Notes: generated from the sequence alone by a model not told the origin. 64,000 bases of DNA from Adineta vaga (GCA_021613535.1 CP075493.1:5084001-5148000), one strand, 5' to 3'; positions 1-13,194 are shown, numbered from the stretch's first letter. Made by a program: numbers and translations.

Positions 1-2
1 AA

Positions 3-3000
3 AGATCCGAGTTTAGTATTGTGGCTGCATCGAATGATGAGAAAATAATATCTCAACGGAGAAGTATTGTTGAAAATCAACATAGTTTACATTGGACATT
101 AAACACTTCAACTACATATAATTTTACTATTATTTGGTTAAACTTGAACGCAGAAAAGCCGTACCCAGATCTTAATATAGATAGTACAATCGATGTACTT
201 TATGACGTTGCTAGTTCATTTCATATATTTACTGATTCAGACGAATGTATAGATTTTATAACAAATATAATTGACGAAGAAGTATTTCTAATTATGACTA
301 ATTATCAGATTCAACAAACAATTCCCCTTATTGAAGATATTCCTGTACTTAATTCGATCCGTATATTCAATTATGGTCAGATATTGAACGAACAGTGGAT
401 ACAACAACACGGAAAAGTGCACGGAGTATTTACTGATTTCAATGCTATTATTAGTTCCATACAACACGAACTTTTTCGGAAGCGAGTGGATCTAACACCT
501 TTTAGTATCGTGTCCACTACTTCAACTTCTAATCTTGATCAACTTGATAAGTCATTCATGTATACACAACTAATCAAAGAAATCATTCTCGATATCAAAC
601 ACGATCACAATGCAAGACAGACATTTACATGGTTCTGTCTCAAGCAACTCAATGAGAACGATTTCAGATCACAACCATTACATCAGTTCGAAAAATATTA
701 TGATCGTCATTCACCCATATGGTGGTACACAAAAGAACCATTTGTCTGTTCGACAATCAACAAAGCTCTTCGCATTCAAGACACGGAAATGATGACCAAG
801 ATGGGTTTCTTTCTTCTTGATCTTCACGGTGAAATCCAACAGAGACATGAAGAAGTACCGCATACGACAAAGATGATTGTTTATCGAGAGCAAGGACTAA
901 AAGCAACGGATGTTGAGAAAATACGAAACAGCAAAGATGGCCTCTTTGCATTTAATAGTTTCTTATCTACAAGTATCGATCGAGAAGTTTCTCTCATGTT
1001 TGCAGAGAGTGCTCGTCAAAATATTGATATGCATGGAGTACTATTTCGAATGGAAATTGATTCATCAATATCTTCTGCACCATATGTGTCACTATGCGAT
1101 CTAAGCAAGTTTGGCGACGAAGAAGAAATTCTATTTTCAATACACACTGTATTTCGAATTGGTGAATTGATTAAAATTCAAGATAGCTTATGGGAAATCT
1201 CCCTGGCATTGACAAGTGATAGTGATCCTGACTTGAAATCTTTGACAGATTATTTGCGAGAAGAAATAGGCTTCATAGGCGGTTGGCATCGGATGGGAAT
1301 GTTGATGATGAAAATCGGCAAATATGAAAGTGCACTAGAAATATTTAACATGTTAATTCAAACAAGATTCGATGACGATTGCGACATCGATGAGTTATTT
1401 CGCACTTTTGTCAATATAAATATTGGTGAAACACATCGGTCAATGGGAGAGTATTCGAGCGCATTAAAACATCTGAAGAAAGCACTTGAGACTTACCAAA
1501 ACATTCTTCCACATGATAATCCAATATTCGGTACGATATACAATAATACTGCTGTTGTTCATTTACATATGGGTGACTATACGGCTGCATTGTTCAATTT
1601 CGAGCAAGCTCTTAATAATATACCGCAAATCTCTTCCATTTGATCATCCATTTTTAGCTACTTGTTACAACAATACTGCTTTAGTGTATCAATTCATGAG
1701 AAATTTCAAAATGGCGCTATCATTCTTTGAAGAAGCGCTGAAAATCTTGCACAAATCTCTTCCAACAAATCATCCAACTTTAGCTACAATCTATCACAAT
1801 ATTGCTTCAATACATTACTCAACAGGCAATTACGAAGCAGCTCTATCGTATTTTAAGAAAACCTTCGAAATATTTCAAAAGTCTCTTCCATCTGATCATC
1901 CTGATTTTGCCATGCTTTATATGAATGTAAGCGGTACACTCATCGATCATGTGGAAATCGTGAGACAGCATTATCTTACGCAAAGAAAGCACTTGAAATA
2001 CTGCAAAAGTCTTTTCCACATAATCATCCACACATGGCTTGTTGTTATATTTCTATTGGAGATAGTCATCAATCGTTGGGTAATTATCGTAAAGCACTCT
2101 CATACTTTGAAAAAGGACTAGCAATAATGCAGACATCACTTTCTCATGATCATCCAATTGTCAGTAATTTTCACGCGCGTATAGGTATAGTGAACCAATT
2201 GACCAGCAATCACAGAAACGAATTGGACAGTTTCGAAAGTGCTGTTAAACTTCAACAAAATTTCATATCGAACAATCGACAACTGCTACAGGCATCTACT
2301 TATGATCCTCACACAATGCAAGAATGCTCAAATTACTCGGCTGAAGGTATTTCTCATATAAAGGATGCGATGAAATCACTACAGAAACTGACATCATCTT
2401 CTCGCACACAGTCAGATGCTCTCACTGTCAATCCTAATGACATTAGAGCTTGCATGAAAGGCTGTTCAGTTGGACTGTCAAACTTTGAGAAAGTGCTCCA
2501 AAAAATTCAACAATCGTCACCAATGACTCGATCATGGTGTTACGAAAGTAATATTTGTGCAACTGATCAGGATTTAATCTATGAAAATATGCTGAAGGCT
2601 ATGTCATATATGAAAAAGGGTTGCGAAACCATGCAGAACTTATTTCTATTATACAATACAGCGACAATCTCCTCTAATGACGATGATGATCCAATACAAC
2701 CTTTCCTGAAGGACTGGCTGTTTGGATTCTCACACTATGCCCAAGGGATGGAAATTAAGCAGAAACATCTTCCACCTAACGATCCGTCATTAGGTGCCAC
2801 ATATAATTCTTTTGGTAAAATTCTCTGTGATATGAAAGTGTACCAAGAAGGATTACTGTATTTTAAAAAAGCACTTGAGATTATGTCTAAATCACTGTCT
2901 AATCATCATCCTCTGTTGGCAAAGACATATAGCAACATGACAATCGCATTAGCAGGTCTTGAAAGATACGAAGAAGCTACCGATTTTGCACTCCGCGCTG

Positions 3001-3131
3001 TTGAAATAGCTCATTCATCTGATGAGATAGACCAAACCGACACATCAGACTACGAAAGTCAGCTAGGGCAATTGCTACAAAAATGGAATTATCAAATGAT
3101 GTTGATAGCGCGTAAGCAATATGCATTATGA
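3..3131 (+). pseudogene. Intronless ADP-ribosyltransferase (R-S-E type) plus TPR-repeat protein with two frameshifts (about 1615 and 1935); 5' end probably outside the window
   Basis: Motifs VYREQG / FLSTS / EEEILF match the R-STS-ExE ART core. Repeated LPxxHPxxAxxYNN TPR units continue across three overlapping ORFs (21-1643, 1486-2121, 2034-3131). The frame is open back to base 3. Pseudogene versus assembly error is unresolved. Confidence 0.8.
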
Positions 3132-4138
3132 ACTGTACCAACAAAAATTTGTTACGACGTATTTGTAGCAGATCAAACTTTTCTGTTTTTATCGTATATG
3201 AGAGTTGCTTTCATCTATTGATTGATGACTCGGCTTGAATGCTGACTTAACGATTTTTATCCTTTCTATTGTTAAAAGAATATCAATAAAACGCTGATAT
3301 TATGTCATTTTAGATAATGCAGAATTTTCGAAGTTTGTGAGTATGTGTAAAAGAAAGAAGTTTAATAATTGATTTATCAATAGTTTTGCATAGAACTATG
3401 ATGAATTAGTCCAATGCTGAAGTATGAGATTCGTACGGAGTACTGCGAAAATATAGCGCCATCTGGTTTTGTCATTCATGAATGACCTTTCACCAAATCA
3501 AAGGTTTCTATGTCATCTCATTTCAATCCTAAGTTTTCTTTCCCCACCAAACAACGATGAGAAGTTTAAAGAATTTGATTTTGATGAAAAATCGATTTCT
3601 GGACAAAAATTTAATAACAAATGAAAATCTTTATGGAAGAAGGAAAGATAAAGACACGTAGAACTGTTTTTGTTTTCAAGAAAATTTCATATTACCTATT
3701 ATTTCTTCGTAGAATTGCCCTTCCGCGTGTGATATTTGTTCAGGCATTAAATAAAACTGTAAAATAACAAACTCAATTTCTGAATTTTATGCATATACTA
3801 TTTAATAGGAAGCCTTACATTCTTTGTTTCACAGGAATACCCAGGTCGAACGATATGATCCGTTCTGAATCCGTACATAGCCGTACAGTAACCTGTTTGG
3901 AGAATATTACAGCGCGTTTATGATGCCATAGAATTGCATCCGTTATTACTGGCCGAAACTGTTCATTAGTCGTCTTGTTTTAGAACAAGATGCATTTTTT
4001 GAAATAGTAATAATACACTTAAAGCACCAAAGAGATTTTCAATCATTTTTTATTTAGTTCGAGTTCCAACAGTGAGAACCAACGAAAAGAAGTTTTGAAA
4101 ACAATCAATTTATCTAACAAACGAAACATAGTCTCTAT

Positions 4139-6637
4139 TCAATAATTTTGCACAGGTTCATAACCATCAATAGCAAGTGTGAAATCAGCTTGTCCACTTG
4201 TTAATGTTCGTAATGTCGAACTATAACCAATTAATTCTGCTAGTGGAGTTCGAGTTATTATCGTACTCATCGATTCTTGTAAACCAACGCCAGTTCCTTG
4301 TTGTACATCAATAATCTGACTATGTCGTCTTGCTAAATCTTCCAAAACCGTTTGTGTACGATCTGCGACACAAACCAACTAAATTTTCAAAAAACAATTT
4401 AAAATAATGTATAAAGAAAAACATTCATTGTTACATACTTCCACACGCATCATTGGTTGAAGAAGAGTACAATCAGCATGACGAAGACATGCACGAATAC
4501 AATCGGATGCAGCTGCTGAATACAATGCTGGTGATATAGATCCATTTAATTGAAGATCATGTAATTTGACTTGTAAATTAATCACTTCAGCACCTTTGAT
4601 ACATCCTAAATAACAAATTAATATGTCAAAATATCTAAAGAAGATAATTATCAAACCTGTAGATAAAGCAAGGCGAACACCATGATTGATTGCGTCTAAA
4701 ACATAACAAAATCTTTGAAGAAAACAGAAATCTATGTAGCATACCAAGATGATCTTTTCTCAAATGTTCAAAAGTTTGTTCTTCAGTTCTAACTAATTGA
4801 ACTTGTGAAAAAGGTACAATTGTTTTTTCTTGTAGAACGATTGGTTCAATAGATATAGTAATGGAAATCGTTGCATGTTTTTCATTAATTGTTGAATTCC
4901 AAACGATAGTTTGTTGATTCGATTTTCGTGGTGTTTCACGATAATTAACATTCAATGGACCAAGATAAGTTTCCAAACCATATTCACGTTTTAATCGATC
5001 ACGAATAATATCGATATGTAATTCTCCCATACCTAACAGTATTGTTTGTCCTGTTTGTTCATCAATACGAACACGTAATGATGGATCTTCACGTTTAATA
5101 TTTTTCAAAGCAACATCGAGATGTTTTTGTGCACTTTCAGAATGTGTTTCAATTGTACAGAAGAAAACAGGCGTCGGTGCTTCTAAACCAGGATCAGGTA
5201 GAAATGAATATTGTTCTTTTAGTTCATGTAAATGATTGTCAAGATTCGATTTTCTATTTGAAACAAGGATATCACCACTCGATGCCTTTTACAAGAAAGA
5301 AATGAATTCATGTTTGTTTTAAAAAATAACAAACCTCTTTAAATCCACTAAGAACAGCAATGGACCCAGCTCGAATTTCATCGACATCTTCCATATTATC
5401 AGCAAAGGGTAGAAAAACTTTATTAATTTGTTCTTTCTCATTATTTCGTGCATTCGTTAATGTCATTCGTCGTTTTACTGAACCAGAATAAATTCGTGCA
5501 AATGATAATGGTTGTTTTTGTCGATCATGAATTGTTTTAAATATATAGATAAGAGTACCGACATTAGTTGCTGATGTTCCTGGAATAATTTTTGAACTAG
5601 GAAGATAATTAACAATAGCATTCAGTAATGATTGAATACCAACATTTTTCAATGAACTTCCAACAAGGACAGGCACATAACGTTGATCATTTATCATCAA
5701 ACGGCATATTGCTTGTGTTAACTGTTGAGATGAGATTGGTTTTTCATTGAATAATAAATGTTCAGCGATGGTATCATCAATATCAGCTAATTTCTCGATT
5801 AATTTCAATCGATCTTTAATAAGAAGTTCAGATGATGAGAAGTTGTTAATGTATTATCTGAAGAAATGATTGTTTCATTTAATAGATCAATAAAACCATT
5901 AAACTGTTTTCCATATCCAAGTGGAGTATGAAGAAGTAAGGGTTCGACAGCAAATTTTTGTCGAATAGAATCGAGACACATCGATAAATTGGCGGTTGGT
6001 TTATCCATTTTATTAATATAGATTAAACGTGGAATATGATATCGATTCGCTTGACGCCAAACAGTTAAAGATTGAGTTTCAACACCGGCAGATGCATCAA
6101 GAATTGTCACTGCTCCATCAAGAACGCGTAATGATCGTTCAACTTCAATTGTAAAATCCACATGTCCTAATTGAAAAAGAAAACATTTCTTCGTTTCTGT
6201 TTTCTTTCGGTTACTCACCCTTTACACACAAAACATACCGGGTGTATCAATGAGATTGAGACGATGTTTATTCCATGGAATGGTGATTGCTGCTGAAGTT
6301 ATTGTTATTCCACGTTCACGTTCTTGTTCCATATAATCCATGGTTGTATTTCCATCATCAACATTACCCATCGATCGAATAAATCCCGCATGATATAACA
6401 TTCGTTCAACTGTTGTTGTTTTTCCTTAAAAACACAATACAAATCTTTTTCTTCTTCCGATTGAAATCGATGTGTGTCAAAACTACCTGCATCGATATGT
6501 GCAATAATTCCAACATTACGAATTCGTTGTGGATCCGTAATTTGTACCGCATTTTGAAATACCTGTAAACGAGTTGTACTCGCATATCGACAAATTATTC
6601 GTACTGGGAATGTTGTCCAATATTGAAACAAACCCAT
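4139..6637 (-). CDS. GFM2: Mitochondrial ribosome-releasing factor 2 (EF-G2mt), multi-exon, apparent frameshift near 5835-5855
   Basis: Spliced translation gives [69 protein letters not shown] and [18 protein letters not shown]. Basic N-terminal presequence-like segment. Confidence 0.9.
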
Positions 6638-6766
6638 TGTAAAAAAAAACTAAAATCTACAAAGGATAGTTCATCTATGCATAGAATAATGTTCATAGTG
6701 TTACTACACAAAACAAACAGTAGTAGTACAAAAAAAAAGAAAAGAAGGACATATATTTTAAGTTTT

Positions 6767-7763
6767 TTATTTTTGAAATTTTTGTCTCAATGATGGTCGA
6801 TCAATAAACCAGTTGATATGTCTTTCATAGAAATCAATTAATAATTCTGGTATAAGTTCTTTGGCTTTTTCATTGGATATAAAATATAACTTTGTTGGAC
6901 AACGTGTACATTTCAATAAGAATTCTAATTGTTGTGCTGAAGTTCGTGATCGAGTTATTGAAACAATACGTTCAGGTTCGAGTGAAAGATAATCGATTGA
7001 TTCACTATCAATATCTGTGGATTGTGAATGAAGATCGTTGACATTTTCATCGGTAATATTATCAAATGATGTCGATCGAAGTTTTTTCTTTCGTATAAAT
7101 GATGTAGAATTTGATCGTTTTAAAGATGGACGATTCAAATCAAAGGATGACTAGAAAAAGAAGAAAACATAGATCAATATTGATTGATAGTATTTTTGAT
7201 TTATTACTTCAGAATTGGCTAATAACTTTTCAGTACCATTTTCCTGATCATCTATAAGAAGAAAATATGAATGAAAATAGCAAAATGACACTATTCTAAT
7301 CTTACCTTGGAGATCATGATCTGATAATAGTTCACTAATAAGATTTCTATCAAATGTTTCGATTGAATCATTTGTAACTTGTTGCTCATTGTTATTTACA
7401 TTTACTAAGTGTGATACAGATGTTACTACAACAAACATATCAATCATTAGAATCAAAATAACTATTTAATATACCTATTTCCATTTGATTTTGAATTTCA
7501 TCACAGATATACTCAAGTACTTGTTTACATTCTTCATTCTAAACGAAATCTAATTGATCGAAATTAATTTTTATCTTTTAACTTACAATTTTTCGTTGAT
7601 ATTCATATTGTTCAATTAGATCTTTACAAAAAACATTCTCTTCCGGCTCCCATGTTGCATCATCTTCATCATAACCAAACCATTTTAAAAAATATTCCAC
7701 ATGACTATTATCCACTACTCTTCGGCTAAGAATCTTTTCCACAACATAAATATCATCTGCCAT
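6767..7763 (-). CDS. HP1-like protein (chromodomain plus chromo-shadow domain), multi-exon
   Basis: N-terminal YVVEKIL...[22 protein letters not shown]; C-terminal LEPERIV...LEFLLK...[19 protein letters not shown]. Confidence 0.85.
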
Positions 7764-7923
7764 TGAGAAAGATATACACACAGACACAAAACAATCTAAA
7801 ACACAACATTTCCAAATTAGAGTTTACCTTCACTTCAGATATAAAGAATATCTGTTATAATATATTTATGTATATATATTTATATGAAACATTGTTACGA
7901 CGAAAAAGCAAACAGAAAATAAA

Positions 7924-9281
7924 TCAATGTTTATGTCCCATAGAAAGTACAATTGGAAAACAACAACCAAGAATAAGAATAAGAAGTTCAACAGCACGAA
8001 ATTGACGATCATCATAATGCGATTGAACTTCAGGTAAAATATGTACGGTGGCAACGAAGAGAAATGTTCCCGCACTGAATAACATGGCAATACCGGTTGA
8101 ATCAACGGAATACGTGTCACGAATTCTCTTTGAAAAACAAAAATCAAATTTTTTTTCTTCTTCGAAATTAAAAGAATGAACTTACACTCTTTAAAATAAC
8201 AAAAGTAAGGATAGCCATTATTGGAGCAGCAAGAGAAAAAATTAATAAATGACGTCGAATACGTTTACGATCGACTCCATCTGATATTAGAAATGAAACT
8301 AGACCAAAAGCAGCTGGTGCCTATAAATAGTTTTCGAAAGATCAAATTTTTTTGAAAAACCAACTAAATCATACTTTATGAAGTATTATAGCCATAAAGA
8401 CAATTAATTCGACATTAAAACGACTTGTTGCTGATGCTGCACCTAAATTTTGTGAAAAACAAATTATTTTTCTATCTGATTGAAATTGATGTACATTTAC
8501 CTAGAGCAATTCCATCAGCTGCTGCATGAACAACAAGACCTAACGTTGCTGTCCATGTTGCTTTTGGTTTTGTTATAATTACTGAACCAGATGAATCGAT
8601 AACTAATGAGAAAAATCTATGTCAACATCAATGTTCAACTTCATGCAAAGTCAAACCTTGACTTCCATGATGATGAAAGAGCCTTGAACTACAATTGTCG
8701 ACAATTAACATAAAAACAAAACCAAGAATTAAAGTTACACCTAGAAGAAACAAATCATTTAAATCATCAATTCTATAGAATTTCATACCAATAGTTGAAT
8801 GAATACTATCGGAATGTTTATGTTGACTTTCTGTCGGTAAAATTTTTGCTTCTTCATGTTGATGTCCATGAGCTAATGGTGAAATTTCGATTTTATCAGA
8901 CTTAACTTCATTTAAATGTCGACGAACAATTTTATGATCGGAATGTATTTCATGTTTACTTTCTAAATAAGATAATATGTATATATACATATTCAAGTTA
9001 TTCTTTCATTTATCTTCATACCGATTTCAGTCGAATATAAAGCATGAACACCTTCTGGAATAATGACAGCAAGTGCTGTACCAACTAGAAGACCTGCACC
9101 GAGAACAGTAACATAACGCATTTTGTTCTAAAAGATTTCAATTACGTTTGTTTTTTGTTTCAAATAAGTACTACAAATAGCTTACTTCGGATAGATTAAA
9201 TGCAAGTGGAACTAGACCAGAGAGATAGGAGCCAATAAACATGGCTAAACTGAACATACTTAACATAAACGATTCCGACAT
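7924..9281 (-). CDS. SLC39A9: Zinc transporter ZIP9 (SLC39A9), multi-exon
   Basis: Spliced: [80 protein letters not shown], ending LSMGHKH*. Confidence 0.92.
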
Positions 9282-9596
9282 GACTTTTGTTTTTTCAAAA
9301 GAAAATAATAATAATAATAGTAGTAATAATATGATGATGAGTCTACGAACGATGGTTTTGATGGATAGTATTTGATGAGCAAATCAGATTAAATATGATA
9401 AAAATGTTTTGAAAAAATTTCAATTTCAACTTTCTTTTATAGATTCTATAGAATATTTCATTATTTAATGTACGAATTCAATGATTTATCATAAAATTTA
9501 TCAGCGACATCTATGATCAAAGTAACTAAGCAACAATAAATGTAGTTGAACGTAAATGGAATTGATTGATTTTTGATTGAATCGTAATTATTGATT

Positions 9597-12500
9597 ATGG
9601 GTGATACAGGTGTGTTAATTAGCTATATTTTTACACTATACAAAACATTTTGATATTTAGAAACAATGATACTTTCATCTGCATCGTCAGATTCAGGTTT
9701 AGGTGGTGTGGAAAGTTTCAGACATCTTCAAGGACAGAATCGTAAATTACTTTTGAAAATAAGAATGATTTTGAGCAATTGTTTCATGTTTAGAGAGTGC
9801 TCGGAGTTTCGATGATGATGATTTTGAATTACCAGCTAATTGGCCTGATTATGATTTTCAACGAAAGAAAAGTTGTCTTTTCAGTCGAGTCTTTTGTACA
9901 TGTGTAACAAAAGCGATCAATCATCTTGAATTAGTACAGAATGCTATTGAACAAAAGTAATTCACAATCTTTCGAAGAAAAAAACAAATCTAAAAACTCG
10001 ATTTCTTTTTCTCATTTCTAGAGACATATCTACCAGTATGTAAAATAGATAATCAAGATTAATGGATAGTTTATTATTTCTTATGTTTCTAGAACGAGGA
10101 ACATTTAAACGAGAGGTACGTTTCAGTCATGCACAATTTTCGACTGATCAACTTGCCATAGTGGGACAAGGTGGTCATGTTGCACATGAACATTCACATC
10201 ATGATATACTTGAAGACGAAGTTATCGATGAAGTCTTATTACTTTTGGCTCGACTTGATCGTGAACGTTTACGTTTGATTTATCTTTGTGAACATGAACA
10301 ATTTATAAGAGCAAAATTAAAAGAAAGTATCGATCATTGGAGATTAAAACGATTACGAGATTTACCTTTAGCAGTACAACGAGGTTTGTAATCACTTGAT
10401 TGAAAAGTGAAGAAAAAGACTTGAATTCATCCATATATAGTTCTCATACTATAAAAATCTCTCTTTCATAAAATTCATTCACATCTTCAATATGAGAAAT
10501 GACACTTCTTATCTTCTTAGAACACGATGCTTGTATAACTGATATCAATGAACTTCAATGGCATATTACTTACAATGCTCGATTGTCGGAAAAGATGTTT
10601 GCAAAAGTTGAATTATCTCGAACATGGCATCAACAACTTGATATTGAAGTTAGTAATATTCGTCAAACAACAGAATTAATAGTCGAAAAAGTTCAAACTG
10701 AATCGATTGAAATAAAAAAGATCAGTGATGCTTTGAAGGAAACTGAACGTGAATTAATGTTAAGTCGTGCAAAAAATGCTGATATATTAGAAAAAGCTGC
10801 TCGTGCTAATCAACGTGCTACACTCGAACGTGATGAAATGCGTAATGAATTGGATAAAACGCTTAAAATTCTTCAACAAATGACGTACGTTTTATTTAAT
10901 CTTCTTTTTACAGAGATTTAATTTGATTATTTAGAAATAAATTACATACCGCTCAAGATCTACATAAAACTTATTTGAAAACAATAGCAGATGCAAAAGT
11001 AACAGTGAAAAAGAATGAACGTACTTATAAAGAAGAAGTTACCAAACGTGATGCTGCACGATCGGATATTGCTAATTGTAAACTCAAAGTATTGATTTTC
11101 TTTTCCTATCAACCTGAATTCATAATTTTCTCCTTGTATCGATAATAGTTATCAATACTTGGTAGTGATCGTGAAAATATTCAATTTGAAATTCAACGAT
11201 TAACGGCGAATTTAGAACGAGCTCGATCAGAAGAACAAGCTCGTGATGATAAACGTAAAGAAGAACTAGCGAGTCTAGAAGAAAATGCTCTTAAACGTGA
11301 ACATAAATTGGAAAAAATTTTGAAAAAATCTCGAGAAAAAACTGTTCTTATCGATGAATATGAACGAAAATTAGAGAAAATCAATGCGTAAGTGATTTAG
11401 AAATCGAATTTGAAAAGAAAACAAATCAATTCATTTAGACAAATTGATCGTCATCAAAAGACTTTGGCACGTCATGAACAACAACGTGCTCGTGATGCTG
11501 ATATGTTACGAACAGTTACGGAGAATTATCAACGAGCTTTATATACCAATGAATCAATTACATCAGATATGCAACGTGAAACTGATTTACTTCAAAAAGA
11601 AGACGATGGAATTCGGGTACGTTGATCGATTATTCTTTCTTAAGATTCGATTTTTTTGTATGTCGTAGGCAACAATGGAAGGATTACGACGTCAGATTGA
11701 CGATGAAGTAACAATGATTGGAATGATTGAAGAACGTATAGCTACAGACCAAAGTGAACTCGATGCTATTAATGATGCCGAAGCCATTCGTGCAGAACAT
11801 GTTCGTTTGAATTGAAAACTAAAAATTTCGAATTTGAATTGAAACGTTTTTAGGCAGAACTTATTGCAACAGATTTACAAGGCAAATATGATGTCCTATC
11901 AGAATGTGTCGCCAATTTAGAAGCACAAGATATCAAAAATAAAGAAAGTTTACATTCATTGAAAGAAATCTTCGAAGATATCAATGAGAAATATTTGAAA
12001 GAAAAAGCTGAATTAGAAAAATCAAGAAATGTCATTCATACAAAACATGAATCAACTTCTGTAAGATAATTTTCATTAGATTTGATTGTTTTATATTTAT
12101 TATAATTATTTCATAGACGGTAGCGATTGATCTTGGAAGCAAACTTGAACATATCGTCAGTCGATCAGCTTATATGAAAAAACATATTGAAGAAATGTCA
12201 GAATCTCGTGCTGCAATGGAAGTATTAACAGCTAAAATTCGTGTTGAAATTCATGCAGCTGAGTATGTAACTTTAGATTGAGAAAGAAAAAACTTTCATA
12301 CATTTATTTAGATCACAATTAGTGGATGTGAAATATAATCTTAGTCTTGCTGAAGCCGGTGAACGAGAAATCGTACGTGTACTTCAACAATGTCTACAAC
12401 GACAAATAAATACCGATACATTGAATAAACACTTGATTCAAGAACGTTCAAATTATCAATCTGAAAAACAAGTAAATCTATAAGAATAGAAATCTTATTC

Positions 12501-13009
12501 ATTTATTAATATTCAATGATAATTTTAGATAGCCATTGAAGATGCACTTGCACTCAATGCAGAATTAGCGAGTACTTATCGAGATGTTCTATATACATAT
12601 TATGAAATCAAAAGTCTGTTAATGGGAAAATTAGACGACCGTCTTGATGCCGTTGCTCGAGTTAAAGATCGAAGACAATTAATTGAATTACAAACACGAC
12701 TTCATGATGCATTGAATCTTTATCTTGGAATTAAAAGTATTTCATTCTCGATTTAATCCTTTTTTCGTGTATATCTGATGGATTTTTGTAGATGAATATG
12801 TTGGACAACATCTTGATCATTTAAATCGTGATAGTCATCAGAATGGTTTGAAATTAACTCATGTTCAAGAAACAGTTCAATCAGCTGTTGAAGAAATAAC
12901 AAAATTTCTCTCTGAACAAGTTGATTTTGAAGCGATACATCAAGAAGCTATGCTCAAAGTACACAGGGATGAATTAAAAGCCAAACAAAATGAACAAGTG
13001 TCTGCATAA
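9597..13009 (+). CDS. CCDC178: Coiled-coil protein CCDC178-like, many short exons, intact frame
   Basis: All exons hand-spliced in phase. CVTKAINHLELVQ and IDHWRLKRLRDLPLAVQREHDACITDINELQWHI resemble the recalled CCDC178 signature (LPLAVQKEH...ELQWH). Confidence 0.75.
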
Positions 13010-13194
13010 TATTTATTTATTTTTCAATCGCGAAGTTTTCTCATACCATTGAATAAAGATATACTTTTAATTATATGCTTAGTATTCTTCGTGAAATTGT
13101 TTTCAAGATGTTTTTTTTTTTCAAAGCTCAATTCTATCTATTTACTTTTCGTTTAAGTACAAAACAAATGCGAGATCGTATAAAAAAAATCAGA

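Noticed and set aside
7578-7787. Chromodomain as part of a chromodomain-methyltransferase fusion or chromovirus
   Set aside because: Exons lead to a chromo-shadow domain; no methyltransferase or integrase motifs nearby.
7866-8147. 93-aa ORF as a separate membrane protein
   Set aside because: Alternative frame over the ZIP9 last exon.
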